Shown here: positions 10,242-20,783 of the stretch, piece by piece
Position numbering within the stretch: position 1 is the stretch's first letter
Layout: each line of letters opens with the position of its first letter
From: Candidatus Obscuribacteraceae bacterium
Lineage (GTDB): Bacteria; Cyanobacteriota; Vampirovibrionia; Obscuribacterales; Obscuribacteraceae
Assembly: GCA_044226015.1 (NCBI GenBank)
Contig: JBGAHS010000003.1
Span: 320,001-384,000, forward strand
Direction: 5' to 3'
Length of the DNA: 64,000 nucleotides
Notes under the pieces: generated by a model
Database searches by the model: none
Told to the model about the DNA's origin: nothing
Seen by the model: the letters and a program-made list of their open reading frames with translations, nothing else
Made by a program: the position numbers and the translations under genes

Positions 10242-10301
10242 TTACCATAGTTCTTTGACACAACCGAGAATCCTGCGAGTGAAAGCCGAAGATGAGCACA
10301 A

Positions 10302-12245
10302 TTACCGGAATCTTAGTTCACCAGCTGAATTGACTGCACTTGCTGCTTTGGGGCTGTACAAAAGAGCTTCCTTCTCAACATCATGACCGAGATGAGCATC
10401 AAAAAAACCTGAGATTAAGGAACATAGCACCTGCTGGTCTGTATAAACTGGTACAGAGGTAAGCGACACGCGACTCGAATTATAGTACATCTGCTTCTTG
10501 CCTCCATACGAAAAAGCATTAATGCATTGCTTGGCCGCTGCGTTTCTAGCGTTCTCTTCGAGTGTTGCATCAAGCACATAGAAAACAGGAAAATCAATGC
10601 TATGTAAATCGGCAACATTCAACTGATTTTTCGGCGAAACTGTTGGATTCAAGATAAGCAATGCTGACAGCTCCAGTTCAGAATTTTCATTATTCTTTGC
10701 TAGAGCTTTTGCTCCAACTAAAGATTCATTCAACTCAATGCCATTGGTAACAAGAGCAAATCCAGTACCTGGTTCTTTAGAGAGCTGCGGGAGTTTACTG
10801 AGTTCATCGATTGCAGACTTTGCTTTTGAAGAAATTCCTGCCGCATTGCGCGAAGCTTTTTCCAACGGTAAAGTCGCCACTATGAACCCACGCTTTGCCA
10901 GCGAAGCAGACAAAGAATCTAAATTTTGTGATGCGTCCAACGGTTCCAACAGCAGCAAAATTGCATGAGCTTTAACAGGCACGAGAATTCTAGCCTCGCC
11001 GCCCGTTCGCAATACTTGGGTTCGAGATGAAACAGAACCTGATGCTGTCATGGAACCAAGCAAAGCGACAAGTTCACTTTTCTTGTCTGTGCGTGCTTTT
11101 GTGATTTTCGGCTCAACCTTCTTCACTGATAGCAAAGAAAAAACCAAGCCGACGACACTGAACAAAACAATTACTGAAACCGCCACGAGCTTTAGCTTAG
11201 AGTTCAGCCATGGGGGTAAAATCTTGCTTGAATTGGAAGCACTATGGCATTGAGCATCTAGACTCGCCACTAATTCAGCTGTGCCAGGTCGCGAACCTGG
11301 TTCTTTTGCAAGACAATGCAAAGCGATGTTTGCTAATTCACGTTCTAGTCTACTAAATCTTTCCTCGTCAGCGAACATTGGACGAACTAATCGATGCACA
11401 GAATTCCATTCTATGTAATTGGTCGCCTTGAATGGATGCTTGCCCGCCAGACACTCGTAAATTAAACACCCGAGCGAATAAATATCTGCCTTTTCACCCG
11501 ATGTGATCTGATTATTTAGAGCCTCAGGACTTAAATAGTCAGGTGTTCCTAACACTTCACCACTTTCGCCAAAAATTGCATCCTGATCTATCAACTTGCT
11601 CACACCAAAGTTGATGATCTTAAATTCTGGAGCATCCAAATCGAGATTACTCAGTACTATGTTTTCGGGGTTGAGATTGAAATGCGCTTCACCCAAAGCA
11701 TGCGCATATTGCAGTGTTTCAGCAAGTTGTTTGAATAATGCAAGAGTGAATTTCTCTGATAATCTGCCATGCTCTTTTATGATCGCTCTCAGTGTCTGAC
11801 CTTCTGTGGCTTCCATAACCAAGAAAGGGCGAGGACTGAGCCCGTACTCAACTGTTCTGGCGATGCCGGAATGCTCTAGCCTGGCAAGAGTTGACGAGAA
11901 TTTCCTGAAGCGCTCAACATGCCTGATATTCTCTGTGAGTTCGGGCGATAGCACTTTGATAACGAAATCAGTTTCGGAATTCGGGCGCTCAGCTGAATAA
12001 ATAGCGCCAAAGAAATCCTGACCAAGATCTTCGGTTAGTAAGTACTTTCCAGCAATACTTGTGTTAATGAGTGAATCTAGATTTTCCAGCCAGGCACTAT
12101 CTTTAGGGCAGTTGAGAAATTCAGAATTTGGCGGAAATATCTTTCGGCACTTCGGGCAATATTTGGGGCAAGTTTTCAACTCAAAAGCCTCAGTCGCCTC
12201 TGCTGCATCTATGTTCCCCAGATATGAAGCAAACAGCCTTGGCAT
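10302..12245 (-). CDS. Pseudokinase-TM-alpha/beta-hydrolase-like domain protein
   Basis: Kinase fold (VIKVL, GTPDYLSPE, ADIYSLG) with HFNLNPEN and NFG; N-terminal CxxC..C ribbon; TM; C-terminal alpha/beta pattern (LAKRGFIVATL, LSALLILNP). Confidence 0.8.
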   Translation of the reverse strand: MPRLFASYLGNIDAAEATEAFELKTCPKYCPKCRKIFPPNSEFLNCPKDSAWLENLDSLINTSIAGKYLLTEDLGQDFFGAIYSAERPNSETDFVIKVLSPELTENIRHVERFRKFSSTLARLEHSGIARTVEYGLSPRPFLVMEATEGQTLRAIIKEHGRLSEKFTLALFKQLAETLQYAHALGEAHFNLNPENIVLSNLDLDAPEFKIINFGVSKLIDQDAIFGESGEVLGTPDYLSPEALNNQITSGEKADIYSLGCLIYECLAGKHPFKATNYIEWNSVHRLVRPMFADEERFSRLERELANIALHCLAKEPGSRPGTAELVASLDAQCHSASNSSKILPPWLNSKLKLVAVSVIVLFSVVGLVFSLLSVKKVEPKITKARTDKKSELVALLGSMTASGSVSSRTQVLRTGGEARILVPVKAHAILLLLEPLDASQNLDSLSASLAKRGFIVATLPLEKASRNAAGISSKAKSAIDELSKLPQLSKEPGTGFALVTNGIELNESLVGAKALAKNNENSELELSALLILNPTVSPKNQLNVADLHSIDFPVFYVLDATLEENARNAAAKQCINAFSYGGKKQMYYNSSRVSLTSVPVYTDQQVLCSLISGFFDAHLGHDVEKEALLYSPKAASAVNSAGELRFR

Positions 12246-12295
12246 GACATATTTTTTTTCTGGGTATAAAGTGATTTGGAGAAGAGGACCGGTGA

Positions 12296-13663
12296 GTGCA
12301 AAAGCTCAAACCATCTAATTATCGAGGGTCTTGCTCTGGAGGATTGTGCACATCCAGAGTCCTAGTTTTTTGCTTTGTTTTTATCAGCAATGTTTGCCCT
12401 ATCGAAGCCGCGAGTCAAAACGAGGAATCAATCCTTGCGTCGGCTAACAGATTGGCTTCCCATAATGAATATTCAGCCGCAGACTCGCTGTACTTGAAAG
12501 TACTAAGTGTTAATCCACAAAACGCCATGGCGCACCATATGTATGGGCGCATGCTTGCGCTACAAACAAGATACGAAGAAGCTTTGAAGGAGTACAAACT
12601 CAGCTTAAAACTGAAACCGAACTCGCCCAGTGTCCTGAACGACGTGGGCGTTGCGTTAGCAATTTCAGGTTGCCAGCCTTTAGGAGCCAGGTTTCTGCAT
12701 CAAGCGAGTGTGGTCGGGCAGAATTACCCGGGCGCATTAAATAATCTAGGAGTAGTTCTGGCAAGCCTTGACGCATTTAAACAGGCTCGTGAAGCTTTTG
12801 CTCGCTCGCTAGAAATACAACCACGAAACGCCAAGATAAAAGAATTGAAGCAAAAGGCTGAAGCAAGATTAGCCAACAACAAAGAGTTTGAATATGGCGC
12901 TGCAGTTTCCTGGCAAGACGTACCGGAGTCTCTGAAAAAGCTGCAAGCATCGGTAATTGCAGCAAGCAATGTAAAAGAACCTGCAGTTCCAGATACAAAA
13001 CCAAAAATTGCCGTTAAGGTCCAAAAGGCAATGGACGAAGAAGATAAGAAATGGCTTGAAAAATCACAACCTCAATTCTTAGAGCTGAAGTCCAGCGGAT
13101 TCTCAAACGCGTGTTTTGCAGGCAACGGCATGGTTCAAATCGGCGATAAGAGCGATTCCGCGGACAATATTGGCGAATTGGAATTGAACGAAACCCAGAA
13201 GATTGAACTAATGGGAGATGTAACAGTAGACTTGACTGGACCTGGCGAACTCGAATTAGGAACGGCACGATTGCTGGCTAAAGGCGAAGATTGCATTTTC
13301 TCATTCAATGCAGAGACGAGTGAGTTATCCTGCTACGCAGGTGACTTCAAGGTGTCCAATTGGTCAACTGTAACAGCAACGAAGACTGCGTCCAAAGTTG
13401 AAGTAAACGCTGAAAAATGCCTGTCTGTTTACGCTCAGGATGATTCTAAAATTGAAGCTCGAGCTTGCGACGAAGTTACATTAGTGGGACATGCTCAAGG
13501 CACAGTGAATGGTTGCAAGAAAGTCATTGTGAATGATGATTCCAGAGCAGTTGCAATTGATTGCGATCAGCTTACCGCACTCGCAAACGCAAGAGTCAAA
13601 GAACGAGGCTGTAGTAAGCTCGAAAAGTTAGACCACGCAAAAATCGAATCAGACTCAAAATAG
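12296..13663 (+). CDS. Secreted TPR protein with C-terminal beta-solenoid
   Basis: Signal-like segment, 3-4 TPRs (ALNNLGVVLASL), 16-aa periodic C-terminus; start probably ~45 nt downstream. Confidence 0.8.
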   Translation: MQKLKPSNYRGSCSGGLCTSRVLVFCFVFISNVCPIEAASQNEESILASANRLASHNEYSAADSLYLKVLSVNPQNAMAHHMYGRMLALQTRYEEALKEYKLSLKLKPNSPSVLNDVGVALAISGCQPLGARFLHQASVVGQNYPGALNNLGVVLASLDAFKQAREAFARSLEIQPRNAKIKELKQKAEARLANNKEFEYGAAVSWQDVPESLKKLQASVIAASNVKEPAVPDTKPKIAVKVQKAMDEEDKKWLEKSQPQFLELKSSGFSNACFAGNGMVQIGDKSDSADNIGELELNETQKIELMGDVTVDLTGPGELELGTARLLAKGEDCIFSFNAETSELSCYAGDFKVSNWSTVTATKTASKVEVNAEKCLSVYAQDDSKIEARACDEVTLVGHAQGTVNGCKKVIVNDDSRAVAIDCDQLTALANARVKERGCSKLEKLDHAKIESDSK

Positions 13664-13697
13664 AGTACTTTTTTCAGCCTATCCGTTACACACTTAG

Positions 13698-16600
13698 GTG
13701 GATTGGGTATGTAGCCGAAAGGGATCTTGCATGGCTCGATTAACGTTCGGCTCAATATTTGCTTTGAAGGCTCGAGTGCGTAAAGCCCGGTCCAAATTTC
13801 TTGCGATCGGAATGCTGTCTCAGCAGCTGCTTGTTTCGCATCTACTTTCAAACCAAATTATGCAGCCAGCACATGCCGCTGGAGAAACGCTTGGCAGACC
13901 GGGGCAACTGTCCACAAACCAGCAGTCATTTAACAACGCGCAAGGGTCCACCAGGGTGCTTGATTTTGGAAGAAGTCGCGGTGTAATAAACATCGCTGAC
14001 GCTTTTCAGAATTCCGGAGTCCTGTACCTGGTTAGCTCAAACCCAGCTATTCGTTCCGGAATTCTCAACGCAAAGAGCTTTTACAACTATCCAGGAGCAT
14101 TGATTAGTTCTGTAATACCAGCAGGTGGGCTGCCGGGCTACGATTTCTTGGTACCAAATTTCAGCTTTAGCTTGAACAGCAGAGGGAATTTCATCAATCA
14201 GGGAACCATCACAAGTGCTGGCTCTCTGAGCATCAATGCCGCACAGATTTCAAACTTGACGGCACCGGGCTCTGCTGCCGCAACGATTAGCGCGCTAGCC
14301 AATTTAGATCTGTTTTCCACAGCGGGCTCCATTGTTAATAGGGGAGACCTACTTTCAGTTAACGGCAATGTAAACCTCACCGCTCAATCCGGAAAAGATC
14401 TTATCGTTGATAACAGTTCGGGCTCAATTCAGGCACTGCTCGGTGCCGTGAATGCAGGCGATGCTTTGTCCTCCGTAAAGCAAAATCTTGCGATAATCGG
14501 AGGCAACATCTTTTCTGAAACTACCAACCTTTACGCTGCATGTGGCAAAGCAGTAGCGAGTGTAGACAAACTCTCTGGAGTTCTAAATATCTATGCCGCC
14601 GAGAGTCATACCGAAGCCAGCTCATCCGGACTAAAGCTTGGAAAAATTGTAGTCTCCGGTGACCCAACGTTCTATGCTCAAACCGACCTCTATTTAGATT
14701 CTGATTTAGTCTTTTCTGGTGCACCTCTAGCAATCGTTACCGGCGGCAGCATTCTGACGAAAGCTGGGGCTGGGAAAATTGAAACCCATGGCGGCGACAT
14801 TACACTTATGGCGGGGGTGGACTTTTCGAGTTCGTCAACAGTTGCAAGCGACCCCTTCGCACCTGTGACACTGACCATAAGTGGCGCATCACCGACAGGC
14901 GGCAAGATTGACCTGGCTTCGGTTACAAGCATAAATTCGGGTGGTGGCAATATTCTTATGATTGCATCCAACGGCATCGTCGCAGATTCAGGCAGCATTC
15001 GCGTAATAGATGCTCCGATTGTTAGTAATGGTGGAAGAGTTCTCATTGTTCCAGGCTCTTTAGTCAAATTGATCAACGTCGACTCAAGCAAAGCAGGAAA
15101 GATCGGCGGAGCGATAAAAGTGTATGCGGACTCAACATCTTGCACTGGATGTATTGTGAAAAATGGAGTCTTAAGTTCGGACACGTTTTTGCCTCCGGAA
15201 TTCACAACCTCAGGTAAGGGGCAGCCATCACCAAACATGGCAGGATTAATAACCGGAGACTTTATAAGCGGTGGTGGCGACATATTGTTGCAAGCAACTA
15301 AGCTATCTGCCAGAGAAATTAATGCAAGTTCAACTACAGGAGCCGGAGGGAATGTTGAAATTTTCTCTGGACAACCAGGCAAAACGCCGCTTACATTAAG
15401 CGCTTCAACAGGAGACATTGGTACCATCACCGCTCATGGCACCAGTGGTGGTGGCACGATTTCCGTTCGAACCGGCGGACACCTGGAGCTACTTAGCGAT
15501 GCTGTTCTCGATGTTGGAGCAAGCAATGGAAGCGCCGGCAGTATATCACTCAGGTCAGGCTTCAATGCCGAGTACGAAACAATCTTTAACGGAACAGAAC
15601 TAGAGGCAAAAGGCAGTGGCAGCAAAGGAAATGGCGGTGCGATCAACATTGAAACGGCTCGCTTAACATCAAACAATCACCTCGTAATTGATGTGAGTGG
15701 TTCTGGCACAGGCAACGGTGGAAGTGTCACGTTAGGTGGAGGACCAATGACAGGCTCTGGTGTCTTAACCTCTATCGGCAAGGGCATCGGAGAGATTGAA
15801 ATAAATGCACAAAGTGGTTCAGCTGGAGGCAATGGTGGCTCAGCGACTTTGAACGCAGACCCGATCGAGCCCCTAATAATAGACCCAAGCGCGTTGAAGT
15901 TGAACCCTCAGGGAATCAATGGGAACGGCGGCATGCTCGCAGCCAGAGGCGACATAAACGTCACTTCGTCTTTGCTTTTGAATGGCGTCGGCACCGGCAA
16001 CGGTGGCAAAGCAATTTTATTTGGTGCCTTTGGTACAGATATTAATGTAGGCAACGGCATCAAAGGCAGCGGCATCAACGGAATTATCCAAGCAAACTCA
16101 GGAGTCCAAGGTGGCTCTGGTGGGCAAATTGAGATTGATGCCAGTAATGTACACATAGAGAATGCAAATTCAATTTCGCTACACTCAGCCGCGGGGAATG
16201 GGGGCAACCTATCCCTCAGCACGGGGGGTGTTTTAACTCTTGGCACTAGCTCCTTCAATGTAGACGGAACTGGCAAAAGCGGCAATGGTGGCACAATTGC
16301 TATCTCCGCGGATTCACTGGTTCTACCTCCAGGAGAATCTTTGAAGTTATCCGCCGTAGGAAGCGGAAGCGGAAATGGCGGCAAAATAAACGTAGGTGTT
16401 TACTCACAAGACCTGAGTACAGGTAAGAATGCAGGACAAATTGACGCTCAAGCCTTTAGCGGTCCGCTAGGCGGCAACGGTGGAAGCCTGGCAATAGCTG
16501 GAAAAACCGTTAACGCTAACACAGCTGATTTTGATATTTCACCAAAAGGTAAAAGCGGCAATGGCGGTAACTTACAGTTCAGCTCTGATTTCAGCACTAT

Positions 16601-19600
16601 TGTCGACGGCAACATAAATCTGAACGCTATTGGAAATGGAAATGGCGGCTCCGTAGCTTTCTTTGCTGACACGCTTTTCGTAAACGGATCTATTCAGGCT
16701 AACGGTGCAGGAAAAGGCAACGGTGGAACAGTAGCCTTTTTTGTGAACCAGGACCTTACCCTCGATAGTGGGATAAAAAGCAATGGCATCACGGGAACGA
16801 TAAACGCCTACGCTGGCTCTAGCGGTGGAAAAGGCGGGCAAATTAGTTTCTTGCAACTTCAAAATCTGACTATTTCTAACCCTCAAAGCATATCGGTGGC
16901 GTCTAAAAATGGGTCTGGGGGTTCCTTGTATTTCACTGCTCGAAAATTGAATTTGGGTGAAGGGATTTATAATGTCAGCGGAACCGGAGCACACGGGAAC
17001 GGCGGTGAAATTCTTCTGGCAGGCGACTTAACTTCGACCGGTCACATTACACTAAAATCGAATGCATCGGGGGACGGTACCGGTGGAGGCATCTCGGTGT
17101 ATGGCGACTACTTTTTCGGAGCAAGCACCCCCATACATATCGGAAACGGAAAGGGTCAAGTCAGCGTGGAGGCTAATGGCGGCTCAAAAGGCTCCCTCAA
17201 AGGAGACGCTGGAAATCTCACACTGAGTGGTATCGTTCTTGATGATGTAAATGCTGTCAACGCTGTTCCACTCGGTGTCAATGGCAAGGGAGCGCGATTA
17301 GCGCTTAGCAATTTTCCGTCGTTTAATGGAAACCTTGACGCCAACGGTAAAGGCACTGGAAATGGTGGCACCATAATCATTCAAAGCACCAGCGCAAAAT
17401 CAATTGGTCCTGGCGGCGATATCAATGGAACTCTGTCTGTAAATTCGGATTCAGGTAAAGCAGGTAGCATTTCTATCTCCTTCTCCGATATCACCATACT
17501 GCCTGACGCATTTTCCGTCCGGAGCAAAACAGGTGCAGGCGGTTCGATACAGCTTGATCTAAGCAATCTTACATTAGCTGACGGGTCCGCATTAGTTGCA
17601 AACGCAGGCAAAGGAAATGGAGGCGAGATAAAGATATTCTCGCCAACTATAAACACATTGGGCAAAGCCTTGCTTTCCGCAGATGGAGCAAGTAATGGCA
17701 ATGGCGGTTCCATATCCTTAATCACTAATTCCAACCTGCAAATTGATGATTCACTGTTGAGTGCGCACGCAAACAGCGGTTCCGCTGGTGGAAATGGTGG
17801 ACTCATAGAACTAAGTGCCAATGATTTAACCATTAATCCATCAGCTCTCAAAGTAGACCCTCTGGGTAAAACAGGGAATGGCGGAACCCTTCTTCTTACA
17901 GCTAAAGGTACACTGAAGGTTCTGGGCGATATTGCAGTCGACGGCAAGGGAAATGGAAATGGTGGCACGCTAATTTTCGATTGGGCACACGGAGCCGACA
18001 CGTTTGTTGTAGGTGGAACAAGCTCTGCTAGCGGTGTGACAGGAAAGATATCGGCGAATGGTTCAGGTACAGGCATAGGTGGTACCATTGCTTTTGCAAA
18101 TGCACAGGACATTCTACCCTCAACCATAATAATAAATTCCGAAGTCTCTACATTGCCTAACTCTGCGACTTACGGAAAAGTGCTTTTGCTACAAGACAGA
18201 TTCCTTACTTCAATTTTCACCTTAGGCGGAAGTGGTGTCATAAAAGGCTCCATAGGAACAGGATATCTCAATCCCCTTTCTGAAGGCTCCGTGACAGGGC
18301 TCACCGTGGCTATGACAACACCTGTAGATATAGGACATCTCTCAACAAAAGACGATGTAACAATAACAGCACCGTCTATCCATCTTTTCACTGGCTCCTT
18401 CATCACTTCAAAAAACGGAAATGTAAATCTAAATAGCAACAGTATCTTGAACGATGGTCTGATCGCTTCTGCTAGTGCTGGGGTCAATATTCAAGCGACA
18501 GCTGACTTAAGCGTGACAGGGCAAGGTACTATCATTGCAAAGACCCCGATCAATTTCAGCAGCCCAGGTGCCGTTTTCGTAAGACAGTTTCTGCCTGGAA
18601 ACAATTACAATTCCTCTGCGCCGTTTGATATTCAACAAAATACGAGCGTCACCACCAGTGCATTATTCGAACTATCGTCCAAAAATTCGACGTCACCTCA
18701 ATCAATTAAAGCATCGCTCGACTCCGTCTCACTCGTTTTTCCAAGCCTTCAACTGCCCAGTTCATCGTCGGTTGTGTCAACGGATAGCGTGCCGCGACAT
18801 ATCTCCTTAGACTCGGGCGACAGTGAATCTGATGGAATAGTAAAAATAGGCAACGGAAAGTTTGTAGTAGTGAATAACATACAATCGCTGTCAGCTTTTG
18901 TTGCAAGCGACAACAGCCTTGAATTCGCAGAAGAAGGCAGTGAAATAACGAAGGAAGAAGAAACCATTTACCTTCATAAAGGCAAGATGGTAATTAACAC
19001 AAGTAATAAAGCAGAGTCGGTAATTACCCCACAAGGAACAGTCAGGGTAGAACCGAATTCTACAACCATGGTGAAAGTCTCCTCATCCGGCACGCTGAGC
19101 GCAGTTTCGTTGAACGGCTCTACAGCACTGCAGCAAGGACAACGTAGCGACTCAGTAACAAAAATCGAAAAAGGACAAGAACTCTTAAGTAATCAGAACG
19201 GGCTAGAAGACGAAGAACTAATTCCTGTAGATGGTATCGACTGCGGTGAAGTCATTTCAGCGGGACTTACAAAGGCCGGCGGACGAACGACCGTAAAGAG
19301 AACCGTCTCGATCAAACAGATGGTCGACAAAGATATTATGATCAACGGCTCACTCATTCACGTACATGGCGCTACTGCAAAACAACACAAGACATACGTC
19401 GAAAATTTGAAGTCGAGCCTCAACGAAGCACCCAGCCAACATAAACCAATTGCTTATGTGCAACCAATTGTGGTGCCCAACCCCACTGCTGCCTCTTCGT
19501 TTAAGACGAACAGAACAAAAGTGCAAGGTCCTATATTACTGGGCTCTAAGGATGCCAAATTCCAACAGCTACAAAATAGCTATATCAAGTTAGAGTCCGG

Positions 19601-20066
19601 CAACCTTTTTGTTCATGCCAAACAGGACACCATAATTTCAACAAAATTTTGCGTGGTAAAGATTGGGGCTGGTTCGTGTGCAAACATCTCAACAGATAAT
19701 CAAGACAAAACCATCATAAGAGTATGTACGGGAATCAATTCCGTTAGGGTTTTTGTCAGGAATAAGCACGACGCGGCACTCAGTGCAGGTGAAGAGTTAG
19801 TGATCTCAAAACGCACATTGAAAGATGCAGATGTTAACACCGGAGAGCAAATAGGTCACAGAAACTCCAAAATGATGCACTGCCTTGGTCTGAATTTTGC
19901 ACACTCCGAGTTCTCCATTCCGGCATTGTTTATAAGCTACTCGCACTTAAGACCGATCATGAAAGCACAAAACAATCAGTATACTTCAACGAAAAATCAA
20001 GTCATGAAATCAGCGGTAATTGTTCAAATGGTTCAAGGCAAACACGGACGTTACACAGTTAAATAG
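13698..20066 (+). CDS. Giant Gly/Ser/Asn-rich surface protein (filamentous-haemagglutinin-like GNGG repeats) with two C-terminal FecR-like beta domains
   Basis: 2122-aa ORF; leader ending PAHA; >20 G(N/S/K)GG-x-I/L repeats; distinct C-terminal ~400 aa; likely start ATG 13731. Confidence 0.8.
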   Translation: MDWVCSRKGSCMARLTFGSIFALKARVRKARSKFLAIGMLSQQLLVSHLLSNQIMQPAHAAGETLGRPGQLSTNQQSFNNAQGSTRVLDFGRSRGVINIADAFQNSGVLYLVSSNPAIRSGILNAKSFYNYPGALISSVIPAGGLPGYDFLVPNFSFSLNSRGNFINQGTITSAGSLSINAAQISNLTAPGSAAATISALANLDLFSTAGSIVNRGDLLSVNGNVNLTAQSGKDLIVDNSSGSIQALLGAVNAGDALSSVKQNLAIIGGNIFSETTNLYAACGKAVASVDKLSGVLNIYAAESHTEASSSGLKLGKIVVSGDPTFYAQTDLYLDSDLVFSGAPLAIVTGGSILTKAGAGKIETHGGDITLMAGVDFSSSSTVASDPFAPVTLTISGASPTGGKIDLASVTSINSGGGNILMIASNGIVADSGSIRVIDAPIVSNGGRVLIVPGSLVKLINVDSSKAGKIGGAIKVYADSTSCTGCIVKNGVLSSDTFLPPEFTTSGKGQPSPNMAGLITGDFISGGGDILLQATKLSAREINASSTTGAGGNVEIFSGQPGKTPLTLSASTGDIGTITAHGTSGGGTISVRTGGHLELLSDAVLDVGASNGSAGSISLRSGFNAEYETIFNGTELEAKGSGSKGNGGAINIETARLTSNNHLVIDVSGSGTGNGGSVTLGGGPMTGSGVLTSIGKGIGEIEINAQSGSAGGNGGSATLNADPIEPLIIDPSALKLNPQGINGNGGMLAARGDINVTSSLLLNGVGTGNGGKAILFGAFGTDINVGNGIKGSGINGIIQANSGVQGGSGGQIEIDASNVHIENANSISLHSAAGNGGNLSLSTGGVLTLGTSSFNVDGTGKSGNGGTIAISADSLVLPPGESLKLSAVGSGSGNGGKINVGVYSQDLSTGKNAGQIDAQAFSGPLGGNGGSLAIAGKTVNANTADFDISPKGKSGNGGNLQFSSDFSTIVDGNINLNAIGNGNGGSVAFFADTLFVNGSIQANGAGKGNGGTVAFFVNQDLTLDSGIKSNGITGTINAYAGSSGGKGGQISFLQLQNLTISNPQSISVASKNGSGGSLYFTARKLNLGEGIYNVSGTGAHGNGGEILLAGDLTSTGHITLKSNASGDGTGGGISVYGDYFFGASTPIHIGNGKGQVSVEANGGSKGSLKGDAGNLTLSGIVLDDVNAVNAVPLGVNGKGARLALSNFPSFNGNLDANGKGTGNGGTIIIQSTSAKSIGPGGDINGTLSVNSDSGKAGSISISFSDITILPDAFSVRSKTGAGGSIQLDLSNLTLADGSALVANAGKGNGGEIKIFSPTINTLGKALLSADGASNGNGGSISLITNSNLQIDDSLLSAHANSGSAGGNGGLIELSANDLTINPSALKVDPLGKTGNGGTLLLTAKGTLKVLGDIAVDGKGNGNGGTLIFDWAHGADTFVVGGTSSASGVTGKISANGSGTGIGGTIAFANAQDILPSTIIINSEVSTLPNSATYGKVLLLQDRFLTSIFTLGGSGVIKGSIGTGYLNPLSEGSVTGLTVAMTTPVDIGHLSTKDDVTITAPSIHLFTGSFITSKNGNVNLNSNSILNDGLIASASAGVNIQATADLSVTGQGTIIAKTPINFSSPGAVFVRQFLPGNNYNSSAPFDIQQNTSVTTSALFELSSKNSTSPQSIKASLDSVSLVFPSLQLPSSSSVVSTDSVPRHISLDSGDSESDGIVKIGNGKFVVVNNIQSLSAFVASDNSLEFAEEGSEITKEEETIYLHKGKMVINTSNKAESVITPQGTVRVEPNSTTMVKVSSSGTLSAVSLNGSTALQQGQRSDSVTKIEKGQELLSNQNGLEDEELIPVDGIDCGEVISAGLTKAGGRTTVKRTVSIKQMVDKDIMINGSLIHVHGATAKQHKTYVENLKSSLNEAPSQHKPIAYVQPIVVPNPTAASSFKTNRTKVQGPILLGSKDAKFQQLQNSYIKLESGNLFVHAKQDTIISTKFCVVKIGAGSCANISTDNQDKTIIRVCTGINSVRVFVRNKHDAALSAGEELVISKRTLKDADVNTGEQIGHRNSKMMHCLGLNFAHSEFSIPALFISYSHLRPIMKAQNNQYTSTKNQVMKSAVIVQMVQGKHGRYTVK

Positions 20067-20157
20067 CAAGACCCTGACCCGAGACTAAGAGAATCTTCGT
20101 ACTGTTTCTAAAGGTTCCTGTAAGATTGACAGATAGATTGACAAAGAGACACGCGAT

Positions 20158-20703
20158 TTGAAAAATGCTCTATTTTCTGCAATAGCCGCAGCTTTGATTT
20201 TGGCATTCATGCAAACAGCCAAAGCAAACGATAAGACAGGAAGCCTTCCTTTTGACCCCACAAAGTGCAAGGACCTTACGCCCGACTCGCTTAAGGGCAA
20301 AATCAAGGTTTACAAAACAAGTGAAATGAATTCCTCGATTCCGACCTATGTGGTGAAAGAAAAAAACTGCCTGTCTATCGGCAACTCCTTCGGTGGACAG
20401 GGCGTGTACGCTGTCATAGCAGCAGACTTGAATGGTGACAATCAAGCGGAAATTGTTTATGCCAGCTCATGGGGCTCTGGCATGCATCGCACAAACATTG
20501 GAGCAGTTGAAATAAGCAGCGACCTAAAAGATTACACAGCCCAAGACATGCTTTTATTCGAGGATGAGGAAATAAAATTGCTTCCGGCGGAAGGAAAAGC
20601 CACGCTGTTGGTGAGGAATAAGCCTTACGCTGACATTGTTTTCGAAACAAGCAAAGACGGCAAAAAGAAGTTAGTGCTCAAGAAAATTAGTGATAAGACT
20701 TGA
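20158..20703 (+). CDS. Secreted hypothetical protein with DxNxD (FG-GAP/Ca-binding-like) motif
   Basis: Signal peptide ending AKA; ADLNGDNQAEIV. Confidence 0.75.
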   Translation: MKNALFSAIAAALILAFMQTAKANDKTGSLPFDPTKCKDLTPDSLKGKIKVYKTSEMNSSIPTYVVKEKNCLSIGNSFGGQGVYAVIAADLNGDNQAEIVYASSWGSGMHRTNIGAVEISSDLKDYTAQDMLLFEDEEIKLLPAEGKATLLVRNKPYADIVFETSKDGKKKLVLKKISDKT

Positions 20704-20783
20704 TATTCGATAAGCTGACCATCAAGCGCTCTCAAATCGAACGCCATGATAAGCCCCCCGTTTATCCATTTTGCCAGGCTTGC

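Noticed and set aside
14198..18967. Many minus-strand Pro-rich ORFs opposite the giant gene
   Set aside because: Antisense shadows of Gly-codon repeats
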